Below, piece after piece: positions 9,895 to 20,200 of a stretch of DNA of 57,957 nucleotides. The notes under the pieces are model-generated. The model was given only the letters and a program-made list of their open reading frames with translations. It was not told the DNA's origin and did not search any database. How positions within the stretch are numbered: position 1 is the first letter of the stretch; each line of letters starts with the position of its first letter. A program made the position numbers and the translations under genes. The DNA comes from a virus (taxonomy: Duplodnaviria > Caudoviricetes): IMG/VR virus record IMGVR_UViG_3300034375_000839, positions 1 to 57,957 of that record. One strand, written 5' to 3'.

Positions 9895-10206
9895 ATGGCA
9901 GTAACTTGGACAATCGCAAATATGGAAAGAGACTTAGTGCAGGGAGATAACACAGATATTGTGACTATTTTGCACTGGAGAGCATCTGATGAAGACTCAG
10001 ATGGTAACACAGGGTCAGCTTATGGCACAGTCGGTGTAACACTTGTAGGTACACCAACACCATACGCAGATATCACAGAGACACAAGCTATTGGATGGGC
10101 TAAAGATGCACTTGGTGCAGAGCAAGTAACATCAATAGAAGATGGTATAGCTGCTCAGATAGCTGCAAAAGCAAACCCAACAACAGCAAGTGGAGTATCT
10201 TGGTAA
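9895..10206 (+). CDS. Fibre-associated small protein (paralogue of 7756-8085)
   Basis: RBS AGGAGA; similarity to 7756-8085. Confidence 0.6.
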   Translation: MAVTWTIANMERDLVQGDNTDIVTILHWRASDEDSDGNTGSAYGTVGVTLVGTPTPYADITETQAIGWAKDALGAEQVTSIEDGIAAQIAAKANPTTASGVSW

Positions 10207-10433
10207 TGACTGAACAAAACAATGTAATCACTATTGATGGTAAAGAGTATAATCAAGAAGATTTATCTCAAGACCAGAACTATTTTATCAATCAGATAAA
10301 AGACTTACAGGCTAAAGGTGCAAGTTTAAGATTCCAACTTGACCAAGTAACTGTAGCTCAGAATGCTTTTACAAACTCATTGATACAATCTGTTAAGGGT
10401 GAAGAAGAAACTAAAGAAGAAAAAGCTAGTTAA
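10206..10433 (+). CDS. Small coiled-coil protein
   Basis: ITIDGKEY motif followed by a heptad-like helix; coupled start TAATG at 10206. Confidence 0.55.
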   Translation: MTEQNNVITIDGKEYNQEDLSQDQNYFINQIKDLQAKGASLRFQLDQVTVAQNAFTNSLIQSVKGEEETKEEKAS

Positions 10434-10667
10434 ATGGAAATAGATGCAATGTTATTCTGGAACATTATCTTAACAATGGTTGTTGTTCCTTTTGGTTGGG
10501 CATTTAATAAAATGTTTCAAGAGGTTAAACGTATACAAATACTTCTTAATAAGACAAGAGAAGAGTATGCACGTAGGGATGATGTGAAGGATGACATGCA
10601 TGAATTAATGGATGCAATGAAAAGATTAGAAGATAAGTTAGATAAGATACTAATAGGGAGTAGATAA
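10434..10667 (+). CDS. Small membrane-anchored coiled-coil protein
   Basis: N-terminal hydrophobic helix (MLFWNIILTMVVVPFGWAF), then a coiled coil RLEDKLDKIL. Confidence 0.6.
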   Translation: MEIDAMLFWNIILTMVVVPFGWAFNKMFQEVKRIQILLNKTREEYARRDDVKDDMHELMDAMKRLEDKLDKILIGSR

Positions 10668-11389
10668 TGGCATCTACATATACAAGTAGAATTAGGTTAG
10701 AAAAACAAGCAGATGGAGAAAATCCTAACTCTTGGGGTTTGATACTTAATCAAAATGTTATAGACTTAGTTGATGAAGCAGTTGCAGGTTATGAGGTTGT
10801 TTCTGTTTCAAGTGTTGCTGTTGCTTTAACAAGTCAAGATGGTTCAAGTGACCAATCAAGAAAGGCAGGTTTAAAAATAGAAGGTACACTAACTGCAGAT
10901 GTAACTGTTTCTTTTCCTGCACAGGAGAAAACATACTTTGTTCATAATGGTACAACAGGTAATTATAATGTATTATTAAAAGCAGGAGCAGGTACTGCAG
11001 TTACTGCTACAAGTCAAGGTTTAAGTATGGCAGTTGCAACAGATGGTACAACTATTAATACTATGAAGTCTGAAGATAATGATTCAAAGATATATAATCC
11101 TTTTCTTGTTACCTCAACTTTAACTTCTACTGATACAGTAACACCAAGTGCAGGTAAGTCAATATATCAAAGAGTGGACACAACTGGAGGTGCAGTTACA
11201 ATTACATTAGCAGTAGGTGATTTATCTATAGGTCAGTATATTATTGTTGATAAAATTGGAGGTAGTGCAGGTATGACTTTAGCTTATCCAGGAAGTTCTC
11301 AAGGAATAAGTTTAGGAGATTCTACTGAACTAGCTATGGCAATATATAATGGTACTGCTTTTTCTTTTGTAGAAACAGTTAAAGCATAG
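10667..11389 (+). CDS. Tail-associated structural protein
   Basis: MASTYT..RLEKQADGEN...WG...N N-terminus typical of phage fibre/baseplate-type proteins. Confidence 0.6.
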   Translation: MASTYTSRIRLEKQADGENPNSWGLILNQNVIDLVDEAVAGYEVVSVSSVAVALTSQDGSSDQSRKAGLKIEGTLTADVTVSFPAQEKTYFVHNGTTGNYNVLLKAGAGTAVTATSQGLSMAVATDGTTINTMKSEDNDSKIYNPFLVTSTLTSTDTVTPSAGKSIYQRVDTTGGAVTITLAVGDLSIGQYIIVDKIGGSAGMTLAYPGSSQGISLGDSTELAMAIYNGTAFSFVETVKA

Positions 11390-11396
11390 GTTTTAT

Positions 11397-12551
11397 ATGT
11401 CAATACCTTTAATATCTAATTTATCTTTTACTAAAGTTAGTTCAGCAGGAAATTTAAATGATAAAGTACCTGCAACTAGAATTAATTTACCTGTACAATA
11501 TTTTAAAAATGTAGATAATATATCAGGCAATTTAACTTTAGATGATAATACTGCTCATAAAAAAGTAATATTAGATACACAAGATAAAACTATTATTAAT
11601 ACTTCAGGGTCACCTTTAACTAATGATAATCCAAATACAACTATGGATTTAAAAGGTAGTGGGAATATACAGTCTGAATTAAAGTCACATACTGTAACAG
11701 AAGCTGATGATGGATATACAGGAACTACAACTGTTACTGCTTTAAATGATTCATTGGTTATTGTAGATGATTCACATACTTATGAAACAACAGTAGTAGA
11801 TGATGAAAGGTCTGCAGGAGCAGGGGTTGCATTTGGTGATGGATTAACAACTGTAAGAGACCCTTCTACAAATAGTAATCAAGGTTGGTTAGTTAATGAA
11901 ACTTATTATACAACTGCATATACATCTCTTATAGGTGGTACATCTATGTCAGGTGCAAATCGTTCTGATTTTGCAATGTCATTTACACATGCTTTCTTAG
12001 AAGATGGTACACCTATTAGTGGAGCATTGACAGGTCCTGGAGGACCTAGTAGTTATGATGGTAGAACTGCACCTAACCCTTCAATAAATACAACACACAG
12101 TATTGGAGGAAGTACTTATAGATATATGAAATGGGATGATTGTATTGTAGGTGTTAATAATGGTAACTCAGGAGTTTTTGACTTTTATGCTTTTATAGAT
12201 GTAAATACTGGTAAGTTAGTTTTTGCAATGAACCAAGGTCGTGGAGCATTTAACCAAATTAAAAACGTAGAAATAGTAGGTACTGTTAATGGAAGAAAAA
12301 TTAGATTTACAAACAACTTATTAATACCTGCATTCTTAACAGGAGATAATCCTTTTACAGATGTGTCAGTTGATTCAAGTGCAACAGTAACTGCAACTAG
12401 AGATAGTACTGTAGGTTCATTTGAAATAACTGCATCAATTACAGGTAGTGATGGTGGTGGTCAACCTTATGCACTTGTGTCAGTTAATGATGGTGCAGGT
12501 AGCCTTAATACTACAGATTATACAGGAACATTTTCAGTAAGAGCATTTTAA
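11397..12551 (+). CDS. Putative tail/receptor-binding protein
   Basis: 384 aa, Thr/Gly/Asp-rich beta-type composition; lies within the tail module. Confidence 0.5.
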   Translation: MSIPLISNLSFTKVSSAGNLNDKVPATRINLPVQYFKNVDNISGNLTLDDNTAHKKVILDTQDKTIINTSGSPLTNDNPNTTMDLKGSGNIQSELKSHTVTEADDGYTGTTTVTALNDSLVIVDDSHTYETTVVDDERSAGAGVAFGDGLTTVRDPSTNSNQGWLVNETYYTTAYTSLIGGTSMSGANRSDFAMSFTHAFLEDGTPISGALTGPGGPSSYDGRTAPNPSINTTHSIGGSTYRYMKWDDCIVGVNNGNSGVFDFYAFIDVNTGKLVFAMNQGRGAFNQIKNVEIVGTVNGRKIRFTNNLLIPAFLTGDNPFTDVSVDSSATVTATRDSTVGSFEITASITGSDGGGQPYALVSVNDGAGSLNTTDYTGTFSVRAF

Positions 12552-12553
12552 AT

Positions 12554-14425
12554 ATGGCTTCAACAGATTCAAAACTAACCAAACTAAATTTTCTTCCTGG
12601 ATTTCATAAGGAATCTACACAGTATGCAGAAGAAGGTAAATGGTTTGAAGGCAATAGGGTTAGGTTTAGAGAGGGTAAGCCTGAAAATATTAGAGGTTAC
12701 ACTAAACATAATACTGAAAATATAGAAGGTATTGCAAGAGACATACTTACATGGTCTGATAATGATACAAGAAAGCATATTATTGTTGGTACAAATAAAG
12801 AAGTTATAGTAGAAAAGGATGCAGTATTATATGATGTAACTCCTATTGTAAGTGTAGTTTCTGCTTCAGATATTTTTACTACAACTAATGGTTCTATTGA
12901 AGTTGTAACAAGTATTACAAATCATGGTAGAAGTGCAGGAGATAAATTTATTGTTGAAGGTGCAGATGCAGTGGGTGGTATAACCCTTGTAACACTTACA
13001 CCTTATACTGTTACTAGTGTAACTGATATTAATGTTTTTACTTTTAATGCTAATACAACTGCAACAGGAACTGCAACAGGTGGTGGTACTGCAGTGTCAG
13101 TAGCTTATTTACTTAAAAATGAATTATCAGATAGTATTCAAGGTTTAGGATATGGTGCAGATATTTATAATGCAGGTACATCTACTACAGGAGTAAGAGG
13201 TTGGAATGATGCAGCAACTGCTTCAGGTATTACATTCCAAGGCTCTCAGTGGAGTTTTGATAACTGGGGTGAAGATGTTTTAGGATTAAGAAGGGGTGGT
13301 AATATTTATTACTATGATGCAGATGTATCTATAAGTCCTGAAAGAATGAAACCTATTACAAGTGCAACTAATGCACCACATGTAACTGCAACGTCTGCAC
13401 CTACACAGTCTAACTTTATATTAGTTTCACCTAATGATAGACATGCCATATGTTTTGCAACAAATGAATTTGGTACAGGTGACTTTAATAGTATGTTAGT
13501 TAGATGGTCTGACCAAGAAGATTTTACTAATTGGACTCCTGCAATTAATACAACTTCAGGTGAAACTGCACTTGCAGATGGTACAGAAATTATAGGTGCA
13601 GTAAGAACAAGAAGTGCCATACTTATATGGACTGATAATGCTTTATATAGTATGTCATATATAGGTGGTCGATTTGTATTTTCATTTAATCAATTAGGAA
13701 CTAACTGTGGATTGATTGCACCTCATGCGGCAATAGACTATGATGGTGTGTCATATTGGATGGGAGATAATAACTTTTATGGTTATGATGGTAGAGTACA
13801 AAACTTACCATGCACAGTAAGAAGACACTTGTTTGAAGATTTTAATAATACAAATAAAGATAAAGTTTATGCAGGTATTAATTCTGAGTTTAAAGAAATA
13901 ATATGGTTGTATCCAAAAGCAAACTCTACTGAACCTAATGCATATATAATATATAATACTGAAGAAAAGACATGGGTATTTGGAGATAGTTTTTATACAA
14001 CATTTAAAGACAGAACTGTGTATGAAAATACAATTACTACAGGAAAAGTTTCTGCAACTGCTGACACATTTTTATGGGATAATGAACCTGAAGATGTGTA
14101 CACAGGAGATGGTACTGCATTAAGTTCTTTTCTTGAGTCTTCTTCTTTTGATGTAGGAGAAGGAGATAACTTAATGTTTTTAAATAGAATTATACCTGAT
14201 TATAAATTTGACTCAGGACAAGAGATTGAAGTATATGTAAAGGTAAAAGAATTTCCTAGTGATACTTTTAAAATTAAAGGACCTTTTACAATAAATGCTA
14301 ATACTAAGAAAGTAGATTTTAGAGCAAGAGGAAGGCAGGCATCTGTAAAAGTTTCTGCTACTAATGATGGTGCATGGAAATGGGGTTCTGTAAGATTGGC
14401 ACTACAACCAGATGGTAAAAGATAA
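12554..14425 (+). CDS. Tail tubular protein B / tail hub (stabilisation protein)-like
   Basis: 623 aa beta-propeller-like; NRVRFREGKPE, WSFDNWGEDVL, LVRWSDQEDF motifs; C-terminal QPDGKR. Confidence 0.7.
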   Translation: MASTDSKLTKLNFLPGFHKESTQYAEEGKWFEGNRVRFREGKPENIRGYTKHNTENIEGIARDILTWSDNDTRKHIIVGTNKEVIVEKDAVLYDVTPIVSVVSASDIFTTTNGSIEVVTSITNHGRSAGDKFIVEGADAVGGITLVTLTPYTVTSVTDINVFTFNANTTATGTATGGGTAVSVAYLLKNELSDSIQGLGYGADIYNAGTSTTGVRGWNDAATASGITFQGSQWSFDNWGEDVLGLRRGGNIYYYDADVSISPERMKPITSATNAPHVTATSAPTQSNFILVSPNDRHAICFATNEFGTGDFNSMLVRWSDQEDFTNWTPAINTTSGETALADGTEIIGAVRTRSAILIWTDNALYSMSYIGGRFVFSFNQLGTNCGLIAPHAAIDYDGVSYWMGDNNFYGYDGRVQNLPCTVRRHLFEDFNNTNKDKVYAGINSEFKEIIWLYPKANSTEPNAYIIYNTEEKTWVFGDSFYTTFKDRTVYENTITTGKVSATADTFLWDNEPEDVYTGDGTALSSFLESSSFDVGEGDNLMFLNRIIPDYKFDSGQEIEVYVKVKEFPSDTFKIKGPFTINANTKKVDFRARGRQASVKVSATNDGAWKWGSVRLALQPDGKR

Positions 14426-14688
14426 TGGCTAGTTATCCACAGTTTACTGTATATAGACAGATACAAGATGTCAATGATATGTATGGAGAAATTGTTTCTT
14501 GGGGAAATAGATTAACATCTGAGTTAGAATTAAGAGATGACGAAGTAAGAAACCAAGCAGCAATAAGAGTAGAGGTTGTAACAACTGTTACAGAAATAGG
14601 TAGACCTCAAGCAGGTGACGTAGCTTTTTCTTCAGGAGAAAGTAAGTTTAAAGGTTATACAGGTTCAACATGGGTGGATTTTCATTAA
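14425..14688 (+). CDS. Hypothetical virion protein
   Basis: Coupled start; ends KFKGYTGSTWVDF. Confidence 0.55.
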   Translation: MASYPQFTVYRQIQDVNDMYGEIVSWGNRLTSELELRDDEVRNQAAIRVEVVTTVTEIGRPQAGDVAFSSGESKFKGYTGSTWVDFH

Positions 14689-14945
14689 TGGATATACAAA
14701 GTTATTTTAATTTAATTAGTAATAGTACATTTGTAGACAATATAAATAAAGGTATTACACAAACTGATGACTACTTTGGAACAAAAACAATTCAGGGTAT
14801 GGCATTAAACACAGGAATGTTGTATAATAAGAGTAATAAATTAGCTAGTAATATTAGTAACTTCCAATCTAACATGACTCAGGGTCAATCTAATTATATG
14901 ACACCAAATAAAGCAGGTAAGATAAATGGCATACTTAACCAATAG
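14688..14945 (+). CDS. Hypothetical protein
   Basis: ORF with a coupled start at TAATG (14688); contains an internal promoter-like site. Confidence 0.4.
   Translation: MDIQSYFNLISNSTFVDNINKGITQTDDYFGTKTIQGMALNTGMLYNKSNKLASNISNFQSNMTQGQSNYMTPNKAGKINGILNQ
14800..14828 (+). promoter_or_regulatory. Possible sigma70-like promoter for the internal-protein genes
   Basis: TGGCAT-17 nt-TATAAT about 100 nt upstream of 14926. Confidence 0.4.
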
Positions 14946-15618
14946 ACAAGCACCTAATAGTGGACTAGCAAACCTTCTTGCAATGAAAGGAAGAATGGGT
15001 GATACTGAATTAGTGCATATGTCTAAGCCTGAGATTGACATGATGGAAAGAATGGGCAAGATGACTATGAACCCTATGACAGGTTTACCTGAAGCATTTA
15101 GTTTAGAAGAAGAAATATCAGGACTTGCTTCTCTTATAAATATGCCAAGTGCAAAGACTGCAATGAATGACCTTATGGAATTTGGTAAAGAAAAGTTAAA
15201 GACTTTGACTATGAAAGAAATAGAAAAGGAAATGCCTAAACAGGACATGATGATGCCACCTATGCCACCACAACAGATGCCAATGCCACCACAGAAACAA
15301 CAAGGTATTGCAATGTTGGCAGGTGGTGCAAGACCTAAAGATTATTTTGAAGGTCAGGTATATGATGACAGAGGTGATGGTATGTCTGATGATATAGATT
15401 TTAAAGTTGAGGGAGACCCTGTAATTAAGGGAGCAAGGTTAAGTGCAGATGAGTATGTATTGCCTGCAGATTTAGTTGCAATGTTAGGTAATGGGTCTTC
15501 TGATGCAGGTGCAAAAAAATTAGATAGCTTTACTAAAGAAATGAGAATGAAAGCTTTTGGTACAAGCAAACAACAAAAACCAATTAATGCAACAAAAGAA
15601 CTAAAGGAAATAGTGTAA
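14926..15618 (+). CDS. Putative internal virion protein
   Basis: GRMGDTELVH, NPMTGLPE, GDGMSDDI..ARLSADEYV..ADLVAMLGNGSSDAGAKKL motifs; Met/Pro/Gln-rich linker. Confidence 0.6.
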   Translation: MAYLTNRQAPNSGLANLLAMKGRMGDTELVHMSKPEIDMMERMGKMTMNPMTGLPEAFSLEEEISGLASLINMPSAKTAMNDLMEFGKEKLKTLTMKEIEKEMPKQDMMMPPMPPQQMPMPPQKQQGIAMLAGGARPKDYFEGQVYDDRGDGMSDDIDFKVEGDPVIKGARLSADEYVLPADLVAMLGNGSSDAGAKKLDSFTKEMRMKAFGTSKQQKPINATKELKEIV

Positions 15619-17285
15619 TGGGATTTTTTGATTCAGATGTAGAATATCAGGGAGCTTATGATTTACCTACTGATTATAAATCAGGCTTGGCAGATATATT
15701 AGGTGAAGCTAAAAAATTATATGAAGCAAAAAAAGAAACAGGCTATCAAACTTATGAAGGTCCTAGAATTGCAGGCTTTACTCCTGAAGAACAAGCGGCA
15801 ATGACAGGCATTGCAGGTTTGGTAGGTACAGGTAGACAATACTTTGACCCTGCAACTCAGTATGCTAAAGGTTTAGGAGAACAGTTTACTGCAGATACTG
15901 CTCAGTCATATATGAATCCTTATCAACAGTCAGTAGTAGATGTTGAAAAAAGAAAAGCAAGAGAAGACTTTGAGCAAACTATGCAGGGCATTGGAGCAAA
16001 GGCAGTAGGTGCAGGTGGTTATGGTGGTTCAAGACAGGCAGTAGTAGAGGGTGAAGCTATAGGTGACTTAGGTCAAAGGTTAGGTGATATACAGGCAATA
16101 GGTCAGAAGCAGGCATTTGACCAAGCTCGACAAGCATTTGAAGCTCAGAAGGCAAGAGAAAGACAGGCAGGTAGTGCATTGGCATCTTTAGGTCAACAAG
16201 CACCACAACAGGCTTTAAAAGAGCTTACAGCCTTATCAGGTGTAGGTGAAGCAGGTAGAGGTATGGAACAGTCTAAAATGGATTTAGCTTATAAGGACTT
16301 CTTAGAAAGACAAGGTTTTGCAGGTGATGCATTAGAGGAATATAAAAGTAGTTTATATAAATACCCATATCAAGCTTATCAAAAACAAACTCAAGGATTT
16401 TCAAAACCAAGTTCATTTCAAAATCTTATGGGTATTGTAAGTGCAGGTGCAAAGGTTGCTCCTTTTTTAGGATTTAAAGAAGGTGGTCATATTGCCTTTA
16501 GGTCTCAAGGTGGACTGTCAGGTTTAACTGCTAATTATGAAGATGGAACAGGTGCAAGCACTGTAGGTAGTGGAACATCTTATAAGCAGGGTCTTATGGA
16601 TAGTTTAAAAAATATGATGAATTTATCTAGTATGAGCAGTGACTTAACTAGATTACAAGAGTTAAGAACTAAAATTGCAGAATCTAAAGCACAAAAAGAA
16701 ATAGGTAAGAATACTCTTTTAAATGCAATCGGTGAATTTGCACAAGGAGTTGCTTCAAGTTACGACCCAACTAAACCTCAAACAATGGCAGGTTCATTAG
16801 CTGCAGGAGCAGGTGCAGTTCAAGAAAGACAAGACCCTGATATTATAAAAGCACAAACAGAAGCAGAAGCTTTAGAAAGTGGTATTAAAACTAAACAGGC
16901 AATGGCAGAATTAACTAAAGATTATATAAAAGCTGCTTCAGATTTAGGTACAGATTTTGAAGTTGCAGATTCAAATGATTTAAGAAAAGATGTTGCTTTA
17001 AAATTTGGTTATAAATTAAATGAAAATAAAGAAATTGTTAAGGAAGATGGTACACCATTAACACAACAAGCTTCTGATAAAGTTTTTAATATGTATAAGA
17101 AAGCATTAGATAAGTATTTAGCTTTTGGTGGAGGTGCTAAAGGAAAACAAAAAGCAGTTGAATTTATAGCAGGACAGTCTAGTTTGCTTACAGGATTAGA
17201 TGGTGATAATAAAGGTAGTTCTTTAGATGATAAAGAAACACAAGATTATATAAATAAAGTAGAAAAAGAAATAGATTATAAATAA
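15618..17285 (+). CDS. Putative DNA ejection / internal virion protein
   Basis: YMNPYQQSVVD and AGGYGGSRQAV motifs; Gln/Ala/Gly-rich helical composition. Confidence 0.65.
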   Translation: MGFFDSDVEYQGAYDLPTDYKSGLADILGEAKKLYEAKKETGYQTYEGPRIAGFTPEEQAAMTGIAGLVGTGRQYFDPATQYAKGLGEQFTADTAQSYMNPYQQSVVDVEKRKAREDFEQTMQGIGAKAVGAGGYGGSRQAVVEGEAIGDLGQRLGDIQAIGQKQAFDQARQAFEAQKARERQAGSALASLGQQAPQQALKELTALSGVGEAGRGMEQSKMDLAYKDFLERQGFAGDALEEYKSSLYKYPYQAYQKQTQGFSKPSSFQNLMGIVSAGAKVAPFLGFKEGGHIAFRSQGGLSGLTANYEDGTGASTVGSGTSYKQGLMDSLKNMMNLSSMSSDLTRLQELRTKIAESKAQKEIGKNTLLNAIGEFAQGVASSYDPTKPQTMAGSLAAGAGAVQERQDPDIIKAQTEAEALESGIKTKQAMAELTKDYIKAASDLGTDFEVADSNDLRKDVALKFGYKLNENKEIVKEDGTPLTQQASDKVFNMYKKALDKYLAFGGGAKGKQKAVEFIAGQSSLLTGLDGDNKGSSLDDKETQDYINKVEKEIDYK

Positions 17286-17287
17286 TA

Positions 17288-20200
17288 ATGTCAACAGAAG
17301 AAAAAAAATTACAAACATTTTTACCTGACCCCTTTTCTCCACTTGGAAGAACTGTAACTGCAGGTATAGGCGAAGCTTTGTCAGATGCTGCAGAAATGGG
17401 TAGTGATGCTTTAGAGCTTATCTATGGTAAAAAAAGAGCAGACATTATTGAAGATAAGTTATCTAATGTTGTTAATTTTTTTGATGAAAGTTTAGATAAA
17501 ACTGAAGTAGGTAAAGCAACTAAGCAAGCTTTACAAAAAAGTTTTTATCCTACAGACTTATCTCCTATGCAAGAAGTAGGAAAGGAAATAGTTTCTTATG
17601 TTACTCCATACACAGGTGTAGTAAAAGCATTAAAACCTGTAACTAAAGTAATAAAGAAAGTATCACCTAGATTAGAAAAAGGTGTGAGGTATGGTACTGC
17701 AGGTGTTATTGCAGATGTAATTGCTAAAGATGAAAATGAACAGCACTTAAAACCTATAATGGAATTAGTTGGTGCAAAAGGTATTAGTGAAGAAGTAGAT
17801 GACCTTGTAAATAAATTAGATATAAATCCTGATGATACAGTATCAGAAAGACTACTTAAACAAACTATAGATAGTGCAGGTCTTTCAGTTGCATTAGGTA
17901 TACCTCTTGCAGTTATATTTAAAGTTTTAAAATATAGTGGTGGAAAAGCATTAGGTAAAGCTAAAGCAATTAAAAATAAAGTTGACACACCTGTAGCAAA
18001 TACTTCAAATAAAATTGCAAGTGATGTAAAGGTTGTAGAACAAAAGCCAGGTAAGTATTTACAGCAGGGTAAAATAAGTTCTGTTTTAGGAAAAATAAAT
18101 ACAGGACTAGGTAGAATACTTACATCTAAAGGTGCAATGCCTGATGAATTGTTTAAGGCATACATTAAAAGAAAAACATATTCAGAAGCTAAAGAACTGG
18201 CAATAAAAAATAATTCTAAAAAATTAGAATCAGTTTTAAAAAACGCATCTAAAGGTTTAAATGATGCTGATAAACAAAAACTATTAGATGATACTAATGA
18301 GCTTCTTAAAACTAAACAATTTGTAAAGACAGGTGTAAAAAAATTAGATGGTAAGGTTATTGACCCAGGCACTATTAAAGAAGCTTTAAAATATAGTCAG
18401 CTTTCTTCTAGACTTCCAAATGAAATAGTAGATACTGTAACAAAGTTAAGGCAATCTATTGATAAAGAAAGTAAAAACTTAAAAGACTTAATGGGATTAA
18501 GTAAGAATAGTAAACTTGGTGCAGTTATAGATGCAAAAACAAGTTTAACAACTACTCCTTCTATTGAACTATATCTAACAAAAACTTATGACTTTTATAC
18601 TAATCCTGAGTGGGTAAAAAAATTAAATAAGGGTTTAAAAGAAGCTAAGTCTTTTAGGGAAGGTGTTACAGATAATACCCATAATACAGAGGTTATAGAT
18701 GTTATTAATAATATGAGAACACATCTTATTAAAAATAACAAATCTATTACTGAGAATAATGTTGATGGTATATTAGATAATTTTATAAATGATGTAACTA
18801 AAAAGAATAAAAATAGTTCTGGTTTATTTGCAAATATAATGGACTTTACATATGATGGTAAACCTATTAAAGTTTTTACTAAAAGAAAAGACATAGATGA
18901 ACCTGTTGCAAATTTTTTAGGAGAAGTTAAAGACCCTTATAGAAACTATGTAGAAACAATGCGTAACCTTAATAAGTCTGTTGCAAAGGCACAGTACTTA
19001 CAAGATATAAAAAAGTTTGCAGAAAAGTATGCAGGTAAAGATATTAAATTAGGTGGCTTTATTCCTAGTTGGATGGGAGTTCCTAGTCAAGTATCTAAAA
19101 TAGTAAGAGATAGTGAAATAGGAACAAGTACTAAATTAGCAGACTTAGCTAAAAAAGAAATGGGTGCAATAGGAAGTGATGGCTCGTCTATTGGTCTTGG
19201 TAAATATAGTACAGATGATACTTTATATAAAATGATTGATGAAGGTATAGATGTTTTTGATAAGTATCAATCTGGAAATCTTTTTACTAATATATTTACT
19301 AGACCTGCAGGATATATACAGGCAACTGAAACTGTGTTTGACCAGACTGCACATGCAGTTAATGCTTTAGGAATGTTGCAAACATTAATTGCAAATGGAC
19401 ATATACTAAGAGGAAGGGAAGCTGCAAAATCAGCTAAAACTTTATATCAAAAATATGCAAATAAAGATAAAGATGCAATGAAGTTTTTTGAAAAAGCAAA
19501 ACTTGCAGCAGTAGTAGACACAAGTGTTAATGCAGAAATTGTAAGAAAGAATTTAAATGTTCTTGATGAAGATTTATTAGCAAGAGGTAGTTATAAAGGA
19601 AAAGATTTAAAAGAAGGTGCAGGATTAACATTTAGAAAAGGAAAAGAAGGATTTAGAAAGTTTACAAAAGCAACTGCAGATGCTTATGGTATAGCAGATG
19701 ACTTTGGTAAATTAACTGCATTACAGGCAGAAATTGCTTCTTATAGAAAAGCTTTTCCTAATATGTCTGAGGATGAACTTTTTGATTATGCTGCGGAAGT
19801 GGTAAGAAACACAATGCATTCTTATAGCACTGCACTTCCTGTAGTAAGAGCTTTATCAAGATTTCCTTTAGGTACTTATGCAACATTTCCTGCAGAAACT
19901 TTAAGAACAGGTAAGAATATTGTTATAAAAGGTGGACAAGATTTTTATAATGGTATATCAAATATTATTAAAGCATCAAAAACAGGAGATAAAGAGCTAT
20001 TTAAAACAGGACTTGCATTAGCTCAAATAGGTTCAAGAAGATTAAGTGGAGCAATACTTGCAGGTGTAGGTTTAGACTATATGTTTGGTAATACAGACAA
20101 AGATGATATATTTGGAATGGGAGTTTCTAAAGAAGACTCAGAAGGATTAGATAACTTACTTAGTGAATGGCAACAAAATACAACAAAACATTTTAATACT

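Noticed and set aside
17596-18372. 258-aa minus-strand ORF and the many other short antisense ORFs in the track
   Set aside because: They are shadows of long sense genes, with Phe/Leu/Ser-rich composition, no RBS and no motifs.
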